64,000 bases of DNA from Rhodothermales bacterium (GCA_951812345.1 OX638295.1:748497-812496); one strand, 5' to 3'. Shown: positions 10,090 through 20,665, counted from the first letter of the stretch. Notes: generated by a model not told the origin, from the sequence alone. A program made the numbers and translations.

Positions 10090-11799
10090 TTGCTGAAGTC
10101 TCTTTACGTCCGCGATTACGCTCTCATCGAGGAGCTCCGTGTCGAGTTCGATGCAGGGCTTACGATCATTACGGGCGAGACGGGCGCTGGCAAGTCCATT
10201 CTGATCGGGGCGCTGCAGGCGATCCTGGGCGAGCGGACCTCTCCTTCCGCCATTCGATCCGGTGCTGCGAAAGCGGTCATAGAGGGAGTGTTTGACCAGG
10301 CGGACGATCCGTCCGTTGCGTCCTTGCTCCCGGAATATGCGGTGGATCCTGCGCCGGTCATGATCCTGCGCCGGGAAATCACGGCGTCGTACAGTCGTGG
10401 ATTCATAAATGACTCCCCGGCTACGCTGCAGGCGATGCGTGCCGTCGCCTCCCGTCTCATCGATTTGCATGGGCAGCATGAGCACCAGTCGCTGCTGAAC
10501 GTTTCGACGCATATCGGCCTGCTGGACGATTTTGGCCGGCTCGGAGAAGCGCGCGAAGCGTACGCAGATCATTTCCGGAATTTCTCGGCGCTGCTTGCCG
10601 AACGGGACGCGCTGGCGGCCCGGCAGCGCGACATGGAGGAAAAGCGCGCGCTCCATGCATTTCAGATCGATGAGATCGATCACGTATCGCCCGGCGAAGG
10701 AGAAGAAGAACTTCTCGAAAACGAGCGCCGCGTGCTGGAGCATGCGGAACGTTTGCACGAGGCATCCGCCCGGTTGAGTTCTATCTTGTACGAAGGGGGA
10801 CAATCCATTCATGATCAACTAATTGCTGTCCGCAACGAGCTGCGTGAACTGGCGGAGATCGATCCCCGCTTCGAGGAAACGCTCGGCGAGATCGATTCCG
10901 CCTGCATCGTCACGGCGGAGACCTCCTCGTTTCTGAAGCAATATGGTGAGCAGGCGGCGTTCGACCCGGAGCGGCTCGAAGAAATCAGGATTCGGCTTGT
11001 CGATATACGGGGACTGGTCCGGAAGTACGGGGGCACACTGGAAGCGGTCCTCGAACACCGGCGCAGGATCGGCGAGGCCCAAGCCGAGGCGGAGCATTTC
11101 GACACGGCGCTCGATACCCTGACGGATCGCATGGCGACAGTGCAGAAACGGTTGTCAGAGGCTGCTGTCCACCTGAACGCCCTGCGCAAGGAGGTAGCCC
11201 ACGCCATCCGGGAAGCGGTGGAGGAGGAATGCAGCAAGCTCGGCATGGTCGATTGCCGGTTCGAGGTCCGGTTCTCCGCGGACGAGGATCCGGACGGGTG
11301 GATTCATACAGGGAAACGGCGAGTGGCGGTGCATGCTTCGGGCATGGATCGTGTCGAGTTTTACATCTCAACGAACAAGGGGGAAGCTTTGCGGCCGCTT
11401 GCCCGCGTTGCTTCCGGGGGGGAGATCAGCCGCATCATGCTGGCTTTGAAGACCGTGCTGGCGCGAAGCGAGGCGTTTCCGGTGCTGGTTTTTGACGAGA
11501 TCGACACCGGTATTTCGGGGGCGGTGGCAAGTAAGGTGGGGCAAAGCCTGCATGCACTGGCCGCAAACCATCAGATTATCGCCATCACCCATTTGCCCCA
11601 GATTGCAGCGCAAGGGGATGCGCATTTCGTAGTCGAGAAATATGTAGAGGGGGGGCGTACAAAGACACGCATTCGGCAACTGGTTGAAAACCAGCGGGCA
11701 GAACATGTGGCCGGGTTGATGGCCGGTGCCGATATTACGGATGCGGCGCGGCAAAGCGCACAGGATTTAATGGAAGCCAGCCGCAAGGGAGGGGCATAA
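10090..11799 (+). CDS. recN: DNA repair protein RecN
   Basis: ITGETGAGKS, HGQHEHQ, ASGGEISR, FDEIDTGISG and ITHLPQIAA motifs. TTG start. Confidence 0.97.
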   Translation: MLKSLYVRDYALIEELRVEFDAGLTIITGETGAGKSILIGALQAILGERTSPSAIRSGAAKAVIEGVFDQADDPSVASLLPEYAVDPAPVMILRREITASYSRGFINDSPATLQAMRAVASRLIDLHGQHEHQSLLNVSTHIGLLDDFGRLGEAREAYADHFRNFSALLAERDALAARQRDMEEKRALHAFQIDEIDHVSPGEGEEELLENERRVLEHAERLHEASARLSSILYEGGQSIHDQLIAVRNELRELAEIDPRFEETLGEIDSACIVTAETSSFLKQYGEQAAFDPERLEEIRIRLVDIRGLVRKYGGTLEAVLEHRRRIGEAQAEAEHFDTALDTLTDRMATVQKRLSEAAVHLNALRKEVAHAIREAVEEECSKLGMVDCRFEVRFSADEDPDGWIHTGKRRVAVHASGMDRVEFYISTNKGEALRPLARVASGGEISRIMLALKTVLARSEAFPVLVFDEIDTGISGAVASKVGQSLHALAANHQIIAITHLPQIAAQGDAHFVVEKYVEGGRTKTRIRQLVENQRAEHVAGLMAGADITDAARQSAQDLMEASRKGGA

Positions 11800-13229
11800 T
11801 GGCGGATATTCGTTTCGGAACAGACGGCTGGCGCGCCGTTATTGCAGAGGACTTCACGTTCCGCAATCTGCACAGGGTGGCCCATGCGACCGCCCAATGG
11901 CTCCTTGAGCGGTCCGGTACCGCACCGAAAGTCGTGATCGGGTACGATACGCGGTTTCTTGGACGTTCCTTCGCGGAATACGCCGCCCGTGTGCTGGCTT
12001 CGGCGGGCATCGGGGTCCTGTTGCCGGAATCGTTCGTGCCTACTCCCGCCGTAAGCTGGGCTACACGGGAATTCGGATGTGCGGCAGGCATCGTTATCAC
12101 GGCCAGTCATAATCCGCCCGAGTACAACGGATTCAAGCTGAAGGCGGATTTTGGCGGGCCGCTGTTGCCGGACGATATCGCGGAGGTGGAGGCCCGGATA
12201 CCGGCTGCGGGCGATATGCTGCCCGCTCCGAAGCCGTTGGATGTATTGCGGGTAAGCGGAGGGATTACGGAGCAAGACCTCACGACAGGCTATCTGGATT
12301 GCCTCAGGAGCCGCCTGGATATCGATGCGATCCGCGCTTCCGGTTTGCGCGTTGCACACGACGCCATGTTCGGCGCCGGTCAGGGCGTCTTCACCGAATT
12401 GCTTGGAGCCGGGCAGGTGGTGGCGTTGCGGAGTACACACAATCCGGGATTCGGGGGGTGTCCCCCCGAACCGATCAAGCGCAATCTGGGCATACTTGCC
12501 GAGGCCGTCGTCGCCGAGGGGTGCGCTGCGGGGATCGCCAACGACGGCGATGCGGACCGGGTGGCTCTCTTCGACGAGCGGGGAAGATTTGTGGATTCGC
12601 ATACCCTCCTGGCGTTGCTCGTCCGATATCTTCACAAGGATCTCGGGATGTCGGGCCGGGTGGTCAAGGCCTTTTCAAGTACGTCGATCATCGATCGCAT
12701 GGGGGAGGCGTACGGGCTCCCTGTGGAGACGACCCGGATCGGTTTCAAGTACATTGCCAGGCATATCGTGCAGGGGGACGTGCTCCTCGGAGGCGAGGAA
12801 TCCGGGGGCATTGCCGCACAGGGGCATATCCCGGATCGGGACGGCCTGTACATTGGTCTGCTTGTGATGCAGATGATGGCGCAGCGGGGCAGGAAACTGT
12901 CGGAACTCGTCGAGGAACTGCACGACGAGTTCGGCGCGCAAGCCTATCGCCGCATCGATTTTCGCACTACCGATGCGAAAAAGGAAGGCATACTGGAGCG
13001 TCTACGGAATGGAAACGGCCCGGAAACGATCACAGGCTCTTCCGTGCTGCGGGTGGATTCTTTCGACGGGTTCAAGCACCATATCGAAGGGGGCTGGTTG
13101 CTGGTCCGGCCTTCAGGTACGGAACCGTTGCTGCGCGTCTACGCCGAGGCGGAAACGCCGGAGCGCGCCCATGCGCTGATTCTCGACGCCGCCGACCAGT
13201 TGGGTTTGCCGGTTCCCCAGGAAGGGTAG
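11799..13229 (+). CDS. phosphoglucomutase/phosphomannomutase
   Basis: FGTDGWR, ITASHNP, DGDADR, GGEESGG and RPSGTEP motifs. Confidence 0.95.
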   Translation: MADIRFGTDGWRAVIAEDFTFRNLHRVAHATAQWLLERSGTAPKVVIGYDTRFLGRSFAEYAARVLASAGIGVLLPESFVPTPAVSWATREFGCAAGIVITASHNPPEYNGFKLKADFGGPLLPDDIAEVEARIPAAGDMLPAPKPLDVLRVSGGITEQDLTTGYLDCLRSRLDIDAIRASGLRVAHDAMFGAGQGVFTELLGAGQVVALRSTHNPGFGGCPPEPIKRNLGILAEAVVAEGCAAGIANDGDADRVALFDERGRFVDSHTLLALLVRYLHKDLGMSGRVVKAFSSTSIIDRMGEAYGLPVETTRIGFKYIARHIVQGDVLLGGEESGGIAAQGHIPDRDGLYIGLLVMQMMAQRGRKLSELVEELHDEFGAQAYRRIDFRTTDAKKEGILERLRNGNGPETITGSSVLRVDSFDGFKHHIEGGWLLVRPSGTEPLLRVYAEAETPERAHALILDAADQLGLPVPQEG

Positions 13230-13283
13230 TCGCCCGCCGGAACGCCGGAGTCCGGGAGCGTGCGGTCGGCAATCCGACCAGGG

Positions 13284-14267
13284 TCAGGACGCCGCTGCGA
13301 TGGTTTCCTGCCGCTGCGCCAGCAGGTTTTCTATGGTGCGCACATCGTCTTCGGAAAGCGCCGCGTTGCCTGCCCGGGCCGTTTCCTCGATCTGGTCCGG
13401 TCTCCGGGCGCCCACGATAGCGGAGGTCACTTCGGGTCGCCGGAGCACCCATGCAATGGCCAGCTGGGAAAGCGTCAGGTTGTTGCGCTCGGCGATGGGT
13501 TTCAGCCCATCGACCAGGGCGAGGTTTGCTTCGAAGGCCGGCGCCCGGAACTCTAAGTTTCCGCGCCGCCAGTCGTTTGCAGGTAACCCGGCAAGGCGGG
13601 CTTTGGAGAATTTACCGGTCAGCAGACCACATACCATCGGGCTGTAAACGATCACACCGATGTTGTTTTCGGCGCAGTACGGCAACAGAGCATCCTCGAC
13701 GCCGCGCCGTAACATGCTGTAGGGCGGCTGGAGTGACGCCACCGGGTGAATGGCCTGCACGGCCCGCAGGTGTTCCACCGTGAAGTTGGATACGCCGGCA
13801 TAGCGAATCTTTCCTTCCTCGACCAGTTTTGCGATTTCGGTCCATCCTTCCTCAATGTCTTCGGGGGGATCGGGCCAGTGAATCTGGTACAGGTCGATCA
13901 CGTCCGTTTTGAGGCGCTTCAGGCTCGATTCACATTCCTTGCGTACGCTGGCGGCCTTCAGTCTCCTGTAGATAGTGCCGTCCTCTTTCCAATGGGGTCC
14001 GCATTTCGTGGCCAGAAACACCTCGTCCCGGCGGCCCGTAATGGCCTCCCCTACGATTTTTTCGGAATGCCCGAGGCCGTAGACACGGGCTGTGTCTATC
14101 CAGTTGATACCCACGTCGAGAGCACGGCGAATGGCAGCGACGGATTCCTGGTCTTCCTGGGGCCCCCAGCCGTATTGCCAGTCGCCGCCGCCGATGGCCC
14201 AGGTGCCGAGACCGACGCCGGTAAGTTGTTCTCCGGTATATCCGAGGGAGCGTGTATCGAGAGACAT
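13284..14267 (-). CDS. aldo/keto reductase
   Basis: GLGTWAIGG, IDTARVYG, IDLYQIHWPD and GVSNF motifs. Confidence 0.93.
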   Translation of the reverse strand: MSLDTRSLGYTGEQLTGVGLGTWAIGGGDWQYGWGPQEDQESVAAIRRALDVGINWIDTARVYGLGHSEKIVGEAITGRRDEVFLATKCGPHWKEDGTIYRRLKAASVRKECESSLKRLKTDVIDLYQIHWPDPPEDIEEGWTEIAKLVEEGKIRYAGVSNFTVEHLRAVQAIHPVASLQPPYSMLRRGVEDALLPYCAENNIGVIVYSPMVCGLLTGKFSKARLAGLPANDWRRGNLEFRAPAFEANLALVDGLKPIAERNNLTLSQLAIAWVLRRPEVTSAIVGARRPDQIEETARAGNAALSEDDVRTIENLLAQRQETIAAAS

Positions 14268-14291
14268 GGTGCAGGCGTTTACTTCAGGCGT

Positions 14292-14834
14292 TTACTTCAG
14301 GCGGGCCGCGTATTCCTTGCGCAGTTTGGAGACTTTGGGGGCAATGACAATGCGGCAATACGGTTGCCGGGCATTATCCCGGTAGTACGCATGGTGTTCC
14401 TTTTCTGCAGGGTAGAAGGCCTCCAGCGGCTCAATTTCGGTCACGATGGGATTGTGCCAGATATCCTTGCCGTCGAACTCGGCCAGCGTGCTTTGCGCTA
14501 CGGCTGCCTGGGTTTCGTCATGGTACAGGATGATGGAGCGGTATTGCGGTCCGACGTCTCCACCCTGCCGATCCGGCGTCGTCGGATCGTGCGTGGCGAA
14601 GAAAATGTCAAGGATATCCCGATAGGAGATTTCGGAGGGGTCGAAGTCGATTTGCACGACCTCGGCATGGCCCGTATGTCCTGCGCATACCTGCCGGTAC
14701 GTCGGGTCGGGGACATGACCGCCGGCATAGCCCGGGACGATGGTATGTATCCCCCGAAGCGGCTCGAACACGGCTTCAAGACACCAGAAGCAGCCTCCTC
14801 CAAGAGTGGCCTGTTCTATAGCCTGTTCGGTCAT
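14292..14834 (-). CDS. msrA: peptide-methionine (S)-S-oxide reductase
   Basis: GGGCFWCLE, GHAEVVQ and QYRSII motifs. Confidence 0.96.
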   Translation of the reverse strand: MTEQAIEQATLGGGCFWCLEAVFEPLRGIHTIVPGYAGGHVPDPTYRQVCAGHTGHAEVVQIDFDPSEISYRDILDIFFATHDPTTPDRQGGDVGPQYRSIILYHDETQAAVAQSTLAEFDGKDIWHNPIVTEIEPLEAFYPAEKEHHAYYRDNARQPYCRIVIAPKVSKLRKEYAARLK

Positions 14835-15979
14835 GGCAATACGTCGAAGGAATAGACAGTGCGGGAGGTGTACGCTTCGCCCGGTCGCAGAATTGTCGAG
14901 GGGAAAGCGTTCTGGTTCGGCGAATCGGGAAAGTGCTGGGTTTCGAGGCAGAAGCCGCTGCGTCTCTCATAGGATACGCCCTTGCCGGTAATGGATCCGT
15001 CCAGAAAATTTCCCGTGTAGAATTGGATGCCCGGCTCGGTGGTATGCACTTCCATGACGCGTCCGCTGACAGGGTCCGCAACCCGGGCCGCGAGTCTCAG
15101 GGCGCCCGCTTCTCCGTTCAGCACGAAGTTGTGGTCGTAGCCCCCTCCGTACGCGATCTGCGTATCGTCTGCATCGATGCGGGCGCCTATGGCGGTCGGT
15201 TCCGTGAAGTCGAAGGGCGTTCCCTCTACCGGTTGCAATTCTCCGGTGGGGATCAGCATCTCGTCACCAGGCGTGAACCGGTCTGCAAGGAGCGTGAGTT
15301 CATGGTCGAGAATGTCCCCGTTGCCCACCCCGGCCAGATTGAAATAGGTGTGCTGCGTCAAGTTGACGGGGGTTGCTTTGTCCGTCGTAGCGTGGTAGTC
15401 GATTTCGAAGGCGTTTTCGTCGGTGAGCGTATAGGTCACTTCCATATCGAGCGTACCCGGGTAGCCTTCCTCTCCGTCCGGGCTGGTGTAGGCAAGTCGT
15501 ACGCCGCGCCGGCCGGTTTCCTCGAACGGTTCTGCTGCCCAGACCACCTTGTCGAAACCTCGTTCGCCTCCGTGCAGGTGATTGGGGCCGTCGTTAGCGG
15601 CGAGCGTCCAGGTTTCCCCGTCGAGGGTGAAGGAAGCTCCGCCGATCCGGTTTCCGTACCGCCCGATGAGGGAGCCGAAGTAGGGAGTCTGCTCCAGATA
15701 CCCTTCGAGCGTATCGTAACCAAGCGCGATGTCGCCGGGCGTGCCTTCGGCGTCCGGCACGAACAGATGGGTAACGATTCCTCCATAGTTCGTGAGCCGG
15801 ATTTCCATGCCTTGGGCATTCGCCAGCGTGAATAGTTCTACGGGTACGCCGTCCACCTCGCCGAACGGAGCGACCTGTACGCCGGGAGCAGGTTCCGGCG
15901 CTTCCGCATCGTCCGGCGCACCGGTACAGGAAGCCATGAGCAAGAGGGAAAGCATCGGGAAGATCGTGCGTCGTTGCAT
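14831..15979 (-). CDS. galM: aldose 1-epimerase (mutarotase), predicted lipoprotein
   Basis: GRYGNRI, NHLHGG, NLTQHTYFNL, GYDHNF and CLETQHFPD motifs. Lipobox-like LMASC. Confidence 0.93.
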   Translation of the reverse strand: MQRRTIFPMLSLLLMASCTGAPDDAEAPEPAPGVQVAPFGEVDGVPVELFTLANAQGMEIRLTNYGGIVTHLFVPDAEGTPGDIALGYDTLEGYLEQTPYFGSLIGRYGNRIGGASFTLDGETWTLAANDGPNHLHGGERGFDKVVWAAEPFEETGRRGVRLAYTSPDGEEGYPGTLDMEVTYTLTDENAFEIDYHATTDKATPVNLTQHTYFNLAGVGNGDILDHELTLLADRFTPGDEMLIPTGELQPVEGTPFDFTEPTAIGARIDADDTQIAYGGGYDHNFVLNGEAGALRLAARVADPVSGRVMEVHTTEPGIQFYTGNFLDGSITGKGVSYERRSGFCLETQHFPDSPNQNAFPSTILRPGEAYTSRTVYSFDVLP

Positions 15980-16122
15980 GGGGAAGGGAAATATTTCAGA
16001 TTACTGGTGCAGGCCTCCCCGCTAACCGTTCACATGGTTTTATGGTTCGCGGATGACCATTTTCTTGTAAGGACAGATACAAGATGTTTTCCGGTTGCTG
16101 CTTGATTGAGCCATTCAATTGC

Positions 16123-17007
16123 TTATTTGAGCAATTCCAATTTATTTCGCAGAACCGTTTCAAAATCATCGCGACGTACTGCATACGCTGCGAGGAGTTT
16201 TTCGTGAGATTTTTCCAGCGTAAGCACTTCCCAATGCCCGCGCGTCAATCGATACTTTCCGTCATTACCTCGTTCCACTTCCGGAACGAGCCATACGATA
16301 TCCCCATCACTGAGATCGTGGCTGGGATTCGAAGACGGCCCTCCGATCGCTTCAAAAAAAGGGCGATCAACAGCTACGGCCATTTTGGACCCCCATCGAC
16401 GCAGTGTTGGCACTTTGATTTGTAATTGCGGCATAAGTCTCTTTGCGCTGGACGAGCGCCAGTCCGGGCGCCGTGTCTCAACGGGGAACGGAGGGGTCGG
16501 CTGCACACTTCTTTCCAATTTCGCAAATTCGGATTGCATCCCGGGCCCGGAAAAATACACAGCCTGAATTTCCAAACCATACCAGGACAATCGTTCCTTA
16601 CTTCCACTGGCGATCACAAGGTCGATTTTTCCTGCCGGTCTTCCCGTTTCCGTTCCCTGCATGAACGGAACTTCTCTCGAGATCATGACCTTGTCCGATG
16701 GAAAACCAATGATATCTGCAAGCCATCGGACAACGACATGTTTCTCGTTGAATCTCTTGGGGCAGACAATCACAGGATCCCCTTCAGGGGTATCGATCAT
16801 GCCGTCCGCATCTGGCATATAACTGTGCAGCGAGCATACCCCGCCCTTTTTACTGCATGGCGGTTTTCCTTCTTGAAATGGACAGCAGGGGCGTTCATCC
16901 GCCCTGTTGTTTAGTGCTATCCTGGCAAGGCGATTTCTCTCAGAGGGCGATAAATCCAGAAAGGAATATCCGTACCACTCAGCGATACCATAGCGCGGTG
17001 CGGTCAT
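16123..17007 (-). CDS. NotI-family type II restriction endonuclease
   Basis: Four-Cys metal motif (CPF..CSK..VCS..VCP), then GKIDLV..LEIQAVY PD-(D/E)xK-like core and RPDWRSSSAKRLMPQL. More AT-rich than its neighbours. Confidence 0.8.
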   Translation of the reverse strand: MTAPRYGIAEWYGYSFLDLSPSERNRLARIALNNRADERPCCPFQEGKPPCSKKGGVCSLHSYMPDADGMIDTPEGDPVIVCPKRFNEKHVVVRWLADIIGFPSDKVMISREVPFMQGTETGRPAGKIDLVIASGSKERLSWYGLEIQAVYFSGPGMQSEFAKLERSVQPTPPFPVETRRPDWRSSSAKRLMPQLQIKVPTLRRWGSKMAVAVDRPFFEAIGGPSSNPSHDLSDGDIVWLVPEVERGNDGKYRLTRGHWEVLTLEKSHEKLLAAYAVRRDDFETVLRNKLELLK

Positions 17008-17019
17008 AATCAGAGTATC

Positions 17020-18054
17020 CTAATGAAAAACCGGTCGTGGGGTGATGATCAATTCCGGGAGGCGCGTGTGATGACTGTTCTTCATTAGCACCCGCACAGC
17101 AGAAAATCCGTGCAGGCGTATCAGCGACATGATTTCGGGCGCACAATCGTACGTCATCAGAAAATTCGCCCCGGTTCCGGCCAATATGGAAAATAACCGT
17201 TCATGGTCGATTTCACTGTGGGCATAGAGTCGCGAGCCCGCGCGTTTCCCCCCCGCAGTGTATGGCGGATCGACAAAAACCGCAACATTTTCATTGAGAT
17301 CGCAAGCGAGCGCTTCGAGGAATTGCATACCGTCCGTTTCGCAAAAGGCTATGCGATCCGCATAGTGGCCGATCGCTTCCAGACGCTTGACAAGAGTACC
17401 AGGATACCACCTTGACGAAATGCCGTGTCCGTTCTCGCCCTTTTTTGAAAGGGATGCGCCCGGGGCAAGGATACCGCTCCGTCGGGTACGATTCAGGACC
17501 AGCGTGCGAAACCCATGTTCGGCCGTGTTTCGAGGGGCTGCGTTCGCCAGTATCTCTACATTGGATCGGGTTGGATCGAATGCCTGCACGCGCCGGATCA
17601 GTTCATCTCCCTGACGCAACGCGGCATGCCAAAAAGCCGCCACATCCCGATCCAGTTCAATCATTATGCATCGCTTGACCAGGCTTTCCATAACGGCCGT
17701 CAAGGAAACAATACCTCCCCCCGCAAATGGCTCAATAAGGAGATCGACGGAAGGCAGACCTCCAAGCCATGCCCGAATATGGGGAATGAGCCATGTTTTT
17801 CCGCCGGGATATCTGAGGGGGCTGCGTTGCGGGACCTGGGCTACGTTGACCGCTGGAATCGGTGATTCCGGGATGATCATGGGCGGTACGGCCGGCGACG
17901 AAACTGCGGCTTCCGCTTCATGGCGAGAGCGGTCCGGGGGGCTTTGGGTCCGAGGGACAGACAGTGTTGCGGCCTCGCTACCTGTCTTTTCCGCCGGGTC
18001 GTCGATGTTCCGAAACAACGGTCCCGGATATTTGATTTGAATACCGCTATCCAT
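17020..18054 (-). CDS. Dam-class (alpha) N6-adenine DNA methyltransferase
   Basis: SPLRYPGGK, EPFAGGG and FVDPPY motifs. The true start may be the downstream MIIPES at about 17880. Confidence 0.9.
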   Translation of the reverse strand: MDSGIQIKYPGPLFRNIDDPAEKTGSEAATLSVPRTQSPPDRSRHEAEAAVSSPAVPPMIIPESPIPAVNVAQVPQRSPLRYPGGKTWLIPHIRAWLGGLPSVDLLIEPFAGGGIVSLTAVMESLVKRCIMIELDRDVAAFWHAALRQGDELIRRVQAFDPTRSNVEILANAAPRNTAEHGFRTLVLNRTRRSGILAPGASLSKKGENGHGISSRWYPGTLVKRLEAIGHYADRIAFCETDGMQFLEALACDLNENVAVFVDPPYTAGGKRAGSRLYAHSEIDHERLFSILAGTGANFLMTYDCAPEIMSLIRLHGFSAVRVLMKNSHHTRLPELIITPRPVFH

Positions 18055-18249
18055 CGCCTTACCCCTCCCGAACGTATATTCCCAACAGTGGCGTTTCTCC
18101 TCCCGACAGCATATGCAGTATACTGATCAGGGGGATGGACATCAAGAACGGAACTGGCAAAATCCATCCTTAAATGGGATTGGTTCTATCTGCCGGGCGC
18201 CCATGTGGTCATTCGCCCGGCATAACCTTTTTAGTCCCTTGATTCCCCC

Positions 18250-19098
18250 ATGATCCGGCCCGAACGATCCGGCGACGACTTTCTTGCGGATGTGCGCGAC
18301 GCGCATAGCCGCTCCGAACCTTTCCACCTGTGGTGGCTGGGGCAGAGCGGCTTTCTGCTGCAATGGCAGGGCGCCCACTTGCTCTTCGATCCGTACCTGT
18401 CCGACTCGCTGACGAAGAAATATGATGGCACGTCCAAGCCGCATGTGCGGATCACGGAGCGCGTCATAGCGCCGGAGCGCCTCGATTTCATCGATGCGGC
18501 GACCTCCACCCACAACCACACGGATCATCTGGACGCGGAAACCCTCGTGCCGCTGATCCGGGCGAACGATGCGCTGCAACTGGTCGTTCCGGAAGCGAAC
18601 CGGGATTTTGTGGCGGATCGCCTGGGATGCGATCCCGCATGGCCTGTCGGCATGACGGCCGGGGCGGAAAATACGGTCGGGCCGTTGCGGTTCATGGCCG
18701 TGCCTGCCGCACACGAGACACTTGAAACGGATGCCGCGGGGCGTCACACGCACCTCGGGTATGTGGTGCAATTCGGACCGTGGACTGTATATCACAGCGG
18801 CGATACGGTCCGGTACGAGGGCATGACCGATCTTTTGCGCCCGTTTCGTATCGATGTGTGCCTGCTGCCCGTCAACGGACGGGATCCGGCGCGCGGCGTA
18901 CCTGGCAACCTTACCGGGGAGGAAGCGGCGCAACTGGCGCACGATATCGGGGCGCGGGCAGCCATCCCGTGCCATTACGAGATGTTTGCTTTCAATACGG
19001 CCTCACCGGAGCCGTTTTTCGAGGAAGCGGCACGCCTGGGGTTGCGCACGGTCCGGCTTGCTGCCGGGGGGCGGTGGAGTTGCGATCTGTCGGGGTAG
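18250..19098 (+). CDS. metallo-beta-lactamase-fold hydrolase (UlaG-like)
   Basis: WWLGQSGF, THNHTDH, YHSGDT and IPCHY motifs. Confidence 0.88.
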   Translation: MIRPERSGDDFLADVRDAHSRSEPFHLWWLGQSGFLLQWQGAHLLFDPYLSDSLTKKYDGTSKPHVRITERVIAPERLDFIDAATSTHNHTDHLDAETLVPLIRANDALQLVVPEANRDFVADRLGCDPAWPVGMTAGAENTVGPLRFMAVPAAHETLETDAAGRHTHLGYVVQFGPWTVYHSGDTVRYEGMTDLLRPFRIDVCLLPVNGRDPARGVPGNLTGEEAAQLAHDIGARAAIPCHYEMFAFNTASPEPFFEEAARLGLRTVRLAAGGRWSCDLSG

Positions 19099-19105
19099 CG
19101 GCTCG

Positions 19106-20122
19106 TTATTCCAGTTCCGCCCGCACAATATGCGCGCCCTTCACCATGGTGTGCAACTTGGCGCGGGCTGCCCAGCGGGCCGTCTGACTGAACCCGCAAT
19201 CCGGCGTGACGGAAAGACGCTCCGGGGGAACGTACGCAAGGAGCGCCCGGATGCGTTCGGCCACGAGTTTCGGCGGTTCGACGAAATAGTTCTTCACGTC
19301 CACGAGTCCTGCCGCCACGTCTTTTCCGGCTTCTGCAACGCGTGCGGTCAGTTCGATTTCGGCAAGTTCGCGGTTTGCGAACTCCATGGCGAATTCGTCC
19401 GCATGCATATCCAGAATATGCGGAAACAGCGGAGCGTAGGTGCGGTGCGCCACGGGGCGTCCCACGAAATTCCCGAAACACAGGTGAATGCCTATGCGGG
19501 CATCGACGTCCTTGACGGTCCGGTTGAAGAGGTCGACAAACTCGCCCGGCGAGTCGGGATGCACCGCATAGGAGGGTTCGTCCAACTGGATGAAATCGAC
19601 ACCCTCCTTGACCAGTTGCTTCAATTCGGCCCGGATGAGATCGGAAAATGCGTGGGCGACCTCCATGCGGTCCCGGTAGTGTTTGCCGGGGGTTTTGATG
19701 CGTCCGGCCAGCGTATAAGGGCCGGGACAGGGCATTTTGATCCGGCGGTTCGTGCGCTTGCGGGCATACCGGTATTCGGCGACGAGGCCCAGGCCGTCCG
19801 GGGCGGTAATCGGTTCCAGCGCTTCGTACCGTTCCCGCTGGTCATGCCCCGCCGGGCCGATGAGCCGGGGGCTGGGTTCGATGTTTCCCAGACCCGCCAG
19901 CCGCCCGTAGAAACCGGCGGTGAAGAAGCCGATCCGACGCATTTCGCCGTCTGAAATCACGTCTACGCCGGCGTCCTCCTGGTCCCGGATCGCCAGATCG
20001 ACGGCGTCGTCCAGCGTTTCTTCGATGTCCCGGACGCCGTACTTGCCCTCTTTCATGGCCTCCAGGCTGGTAAAAAGCCAGGACGGCCAGGCGTAACTGC
20101 CGATGATGCTTGTTTCGATCAT
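19106..20122 (-). CDS. single-barrel cobalamin-independent methionine synthase-family protein
   Basis: SDGEMRR, IQLDEP, Zn ligands HLC and PDCG. Confidence 0.88.
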   Translation of the reverse strand: MIETSIIGSYAWPSWLFTSLEAMKEGKYGVRDIEETLDDAVDLAIRDQEDAGVDVISDGEMRRIGFFTAGFYGRLAGLGNIEPSPRLIGPAGHDQRERYEALEPITAPDGLGLVAEYRYARKRTNRRIKMPCPGPYTLAGRIKTPGKHYRDRMEVAHAFSDLIRAELKQLVKEGVDFIQLDEPSYAVHPDSPGEFVDLFNRTVKDVDARIGIHLCFGNFVGRPVAHRTYAPLFPHILDMHADEFAMEFANRELAEIELTARVAEAGKDVAAGLVDVKNYFVEPPKLVAERIRALLAYVPPERLSVTPDCGFSQTARWAARAKLHTMVKGAHIVRAELE

Positions 20123-20173
20123 TTTATAAGCAATGGGACAGGGATCGATACCCCGGAGGGCGAATCGGCCGGG

Positions 20174-20665
20174 TTATTCGTCGGATTCGTCGGATGCTAT
20201 ACTGAGGAGTTCGATTTCGTAGATAAGCGTAGCGTTCGGGGGAATGCCGGCTTCTCTGAATCCCGTTTCGCCGTAGGCAAGTTCCGGGGGCACCACCAGC
20301 TGGCGTTCGCCTCCTTCCCGCATGCCCGGAATTCCCTCGATCCATCCCTCGATGACCGAGTCGGAATCAAGGTTGATGGTGAGCGGCGCATTCCCGGAAT
20401 ACGAACTTGCTACCAGTCTGTCGTCCGCAAGCCATCCGGCATAGTGCACTGTGACGCTATGGGTGGAATCGGCTTCCTGGCCGTCGCCGATGACAAAGTC
20501 GTAGTACTGCAATCCGCTGTCGGTCGTCGTGTATTGGCCCTCATCCACCTCGCGTGGTACAAGAATATTAACAGGGGGCGGCTCGTCGGTAAAGTCGCAA
20601 CTGCTTGCTGCGATGCCTGCAAGGACAGCGAGCAGGAGTAGCTGCTTGACGCGTCCGTTATTCAT
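20174..20665 (-). CDS. FKBP-type peptidyl-prolyl isomerase lipoprotein
   Basis: TTDSGLQY, VHYAGWL, VIEGW and PELAYG..IPPNATLIYEIEL motifs. Lipobox ASSC; start placed at MNNG. Confidence 0.92.
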   Translation of the reverse strand: MNNGRVKQLLLLAVLAGIAASSCDFTDEPPPVNILVPREVDEGQYTTTDSGLQYYDFVIGDGQEADSTHSVTVHYAGWLADDRLVASSYSGNAPLTINLDSDSVIEGWIEGIPGMREGGERQLVVPPELAYGETGFREAGIPPNATLIYEIELLSIASDESDE

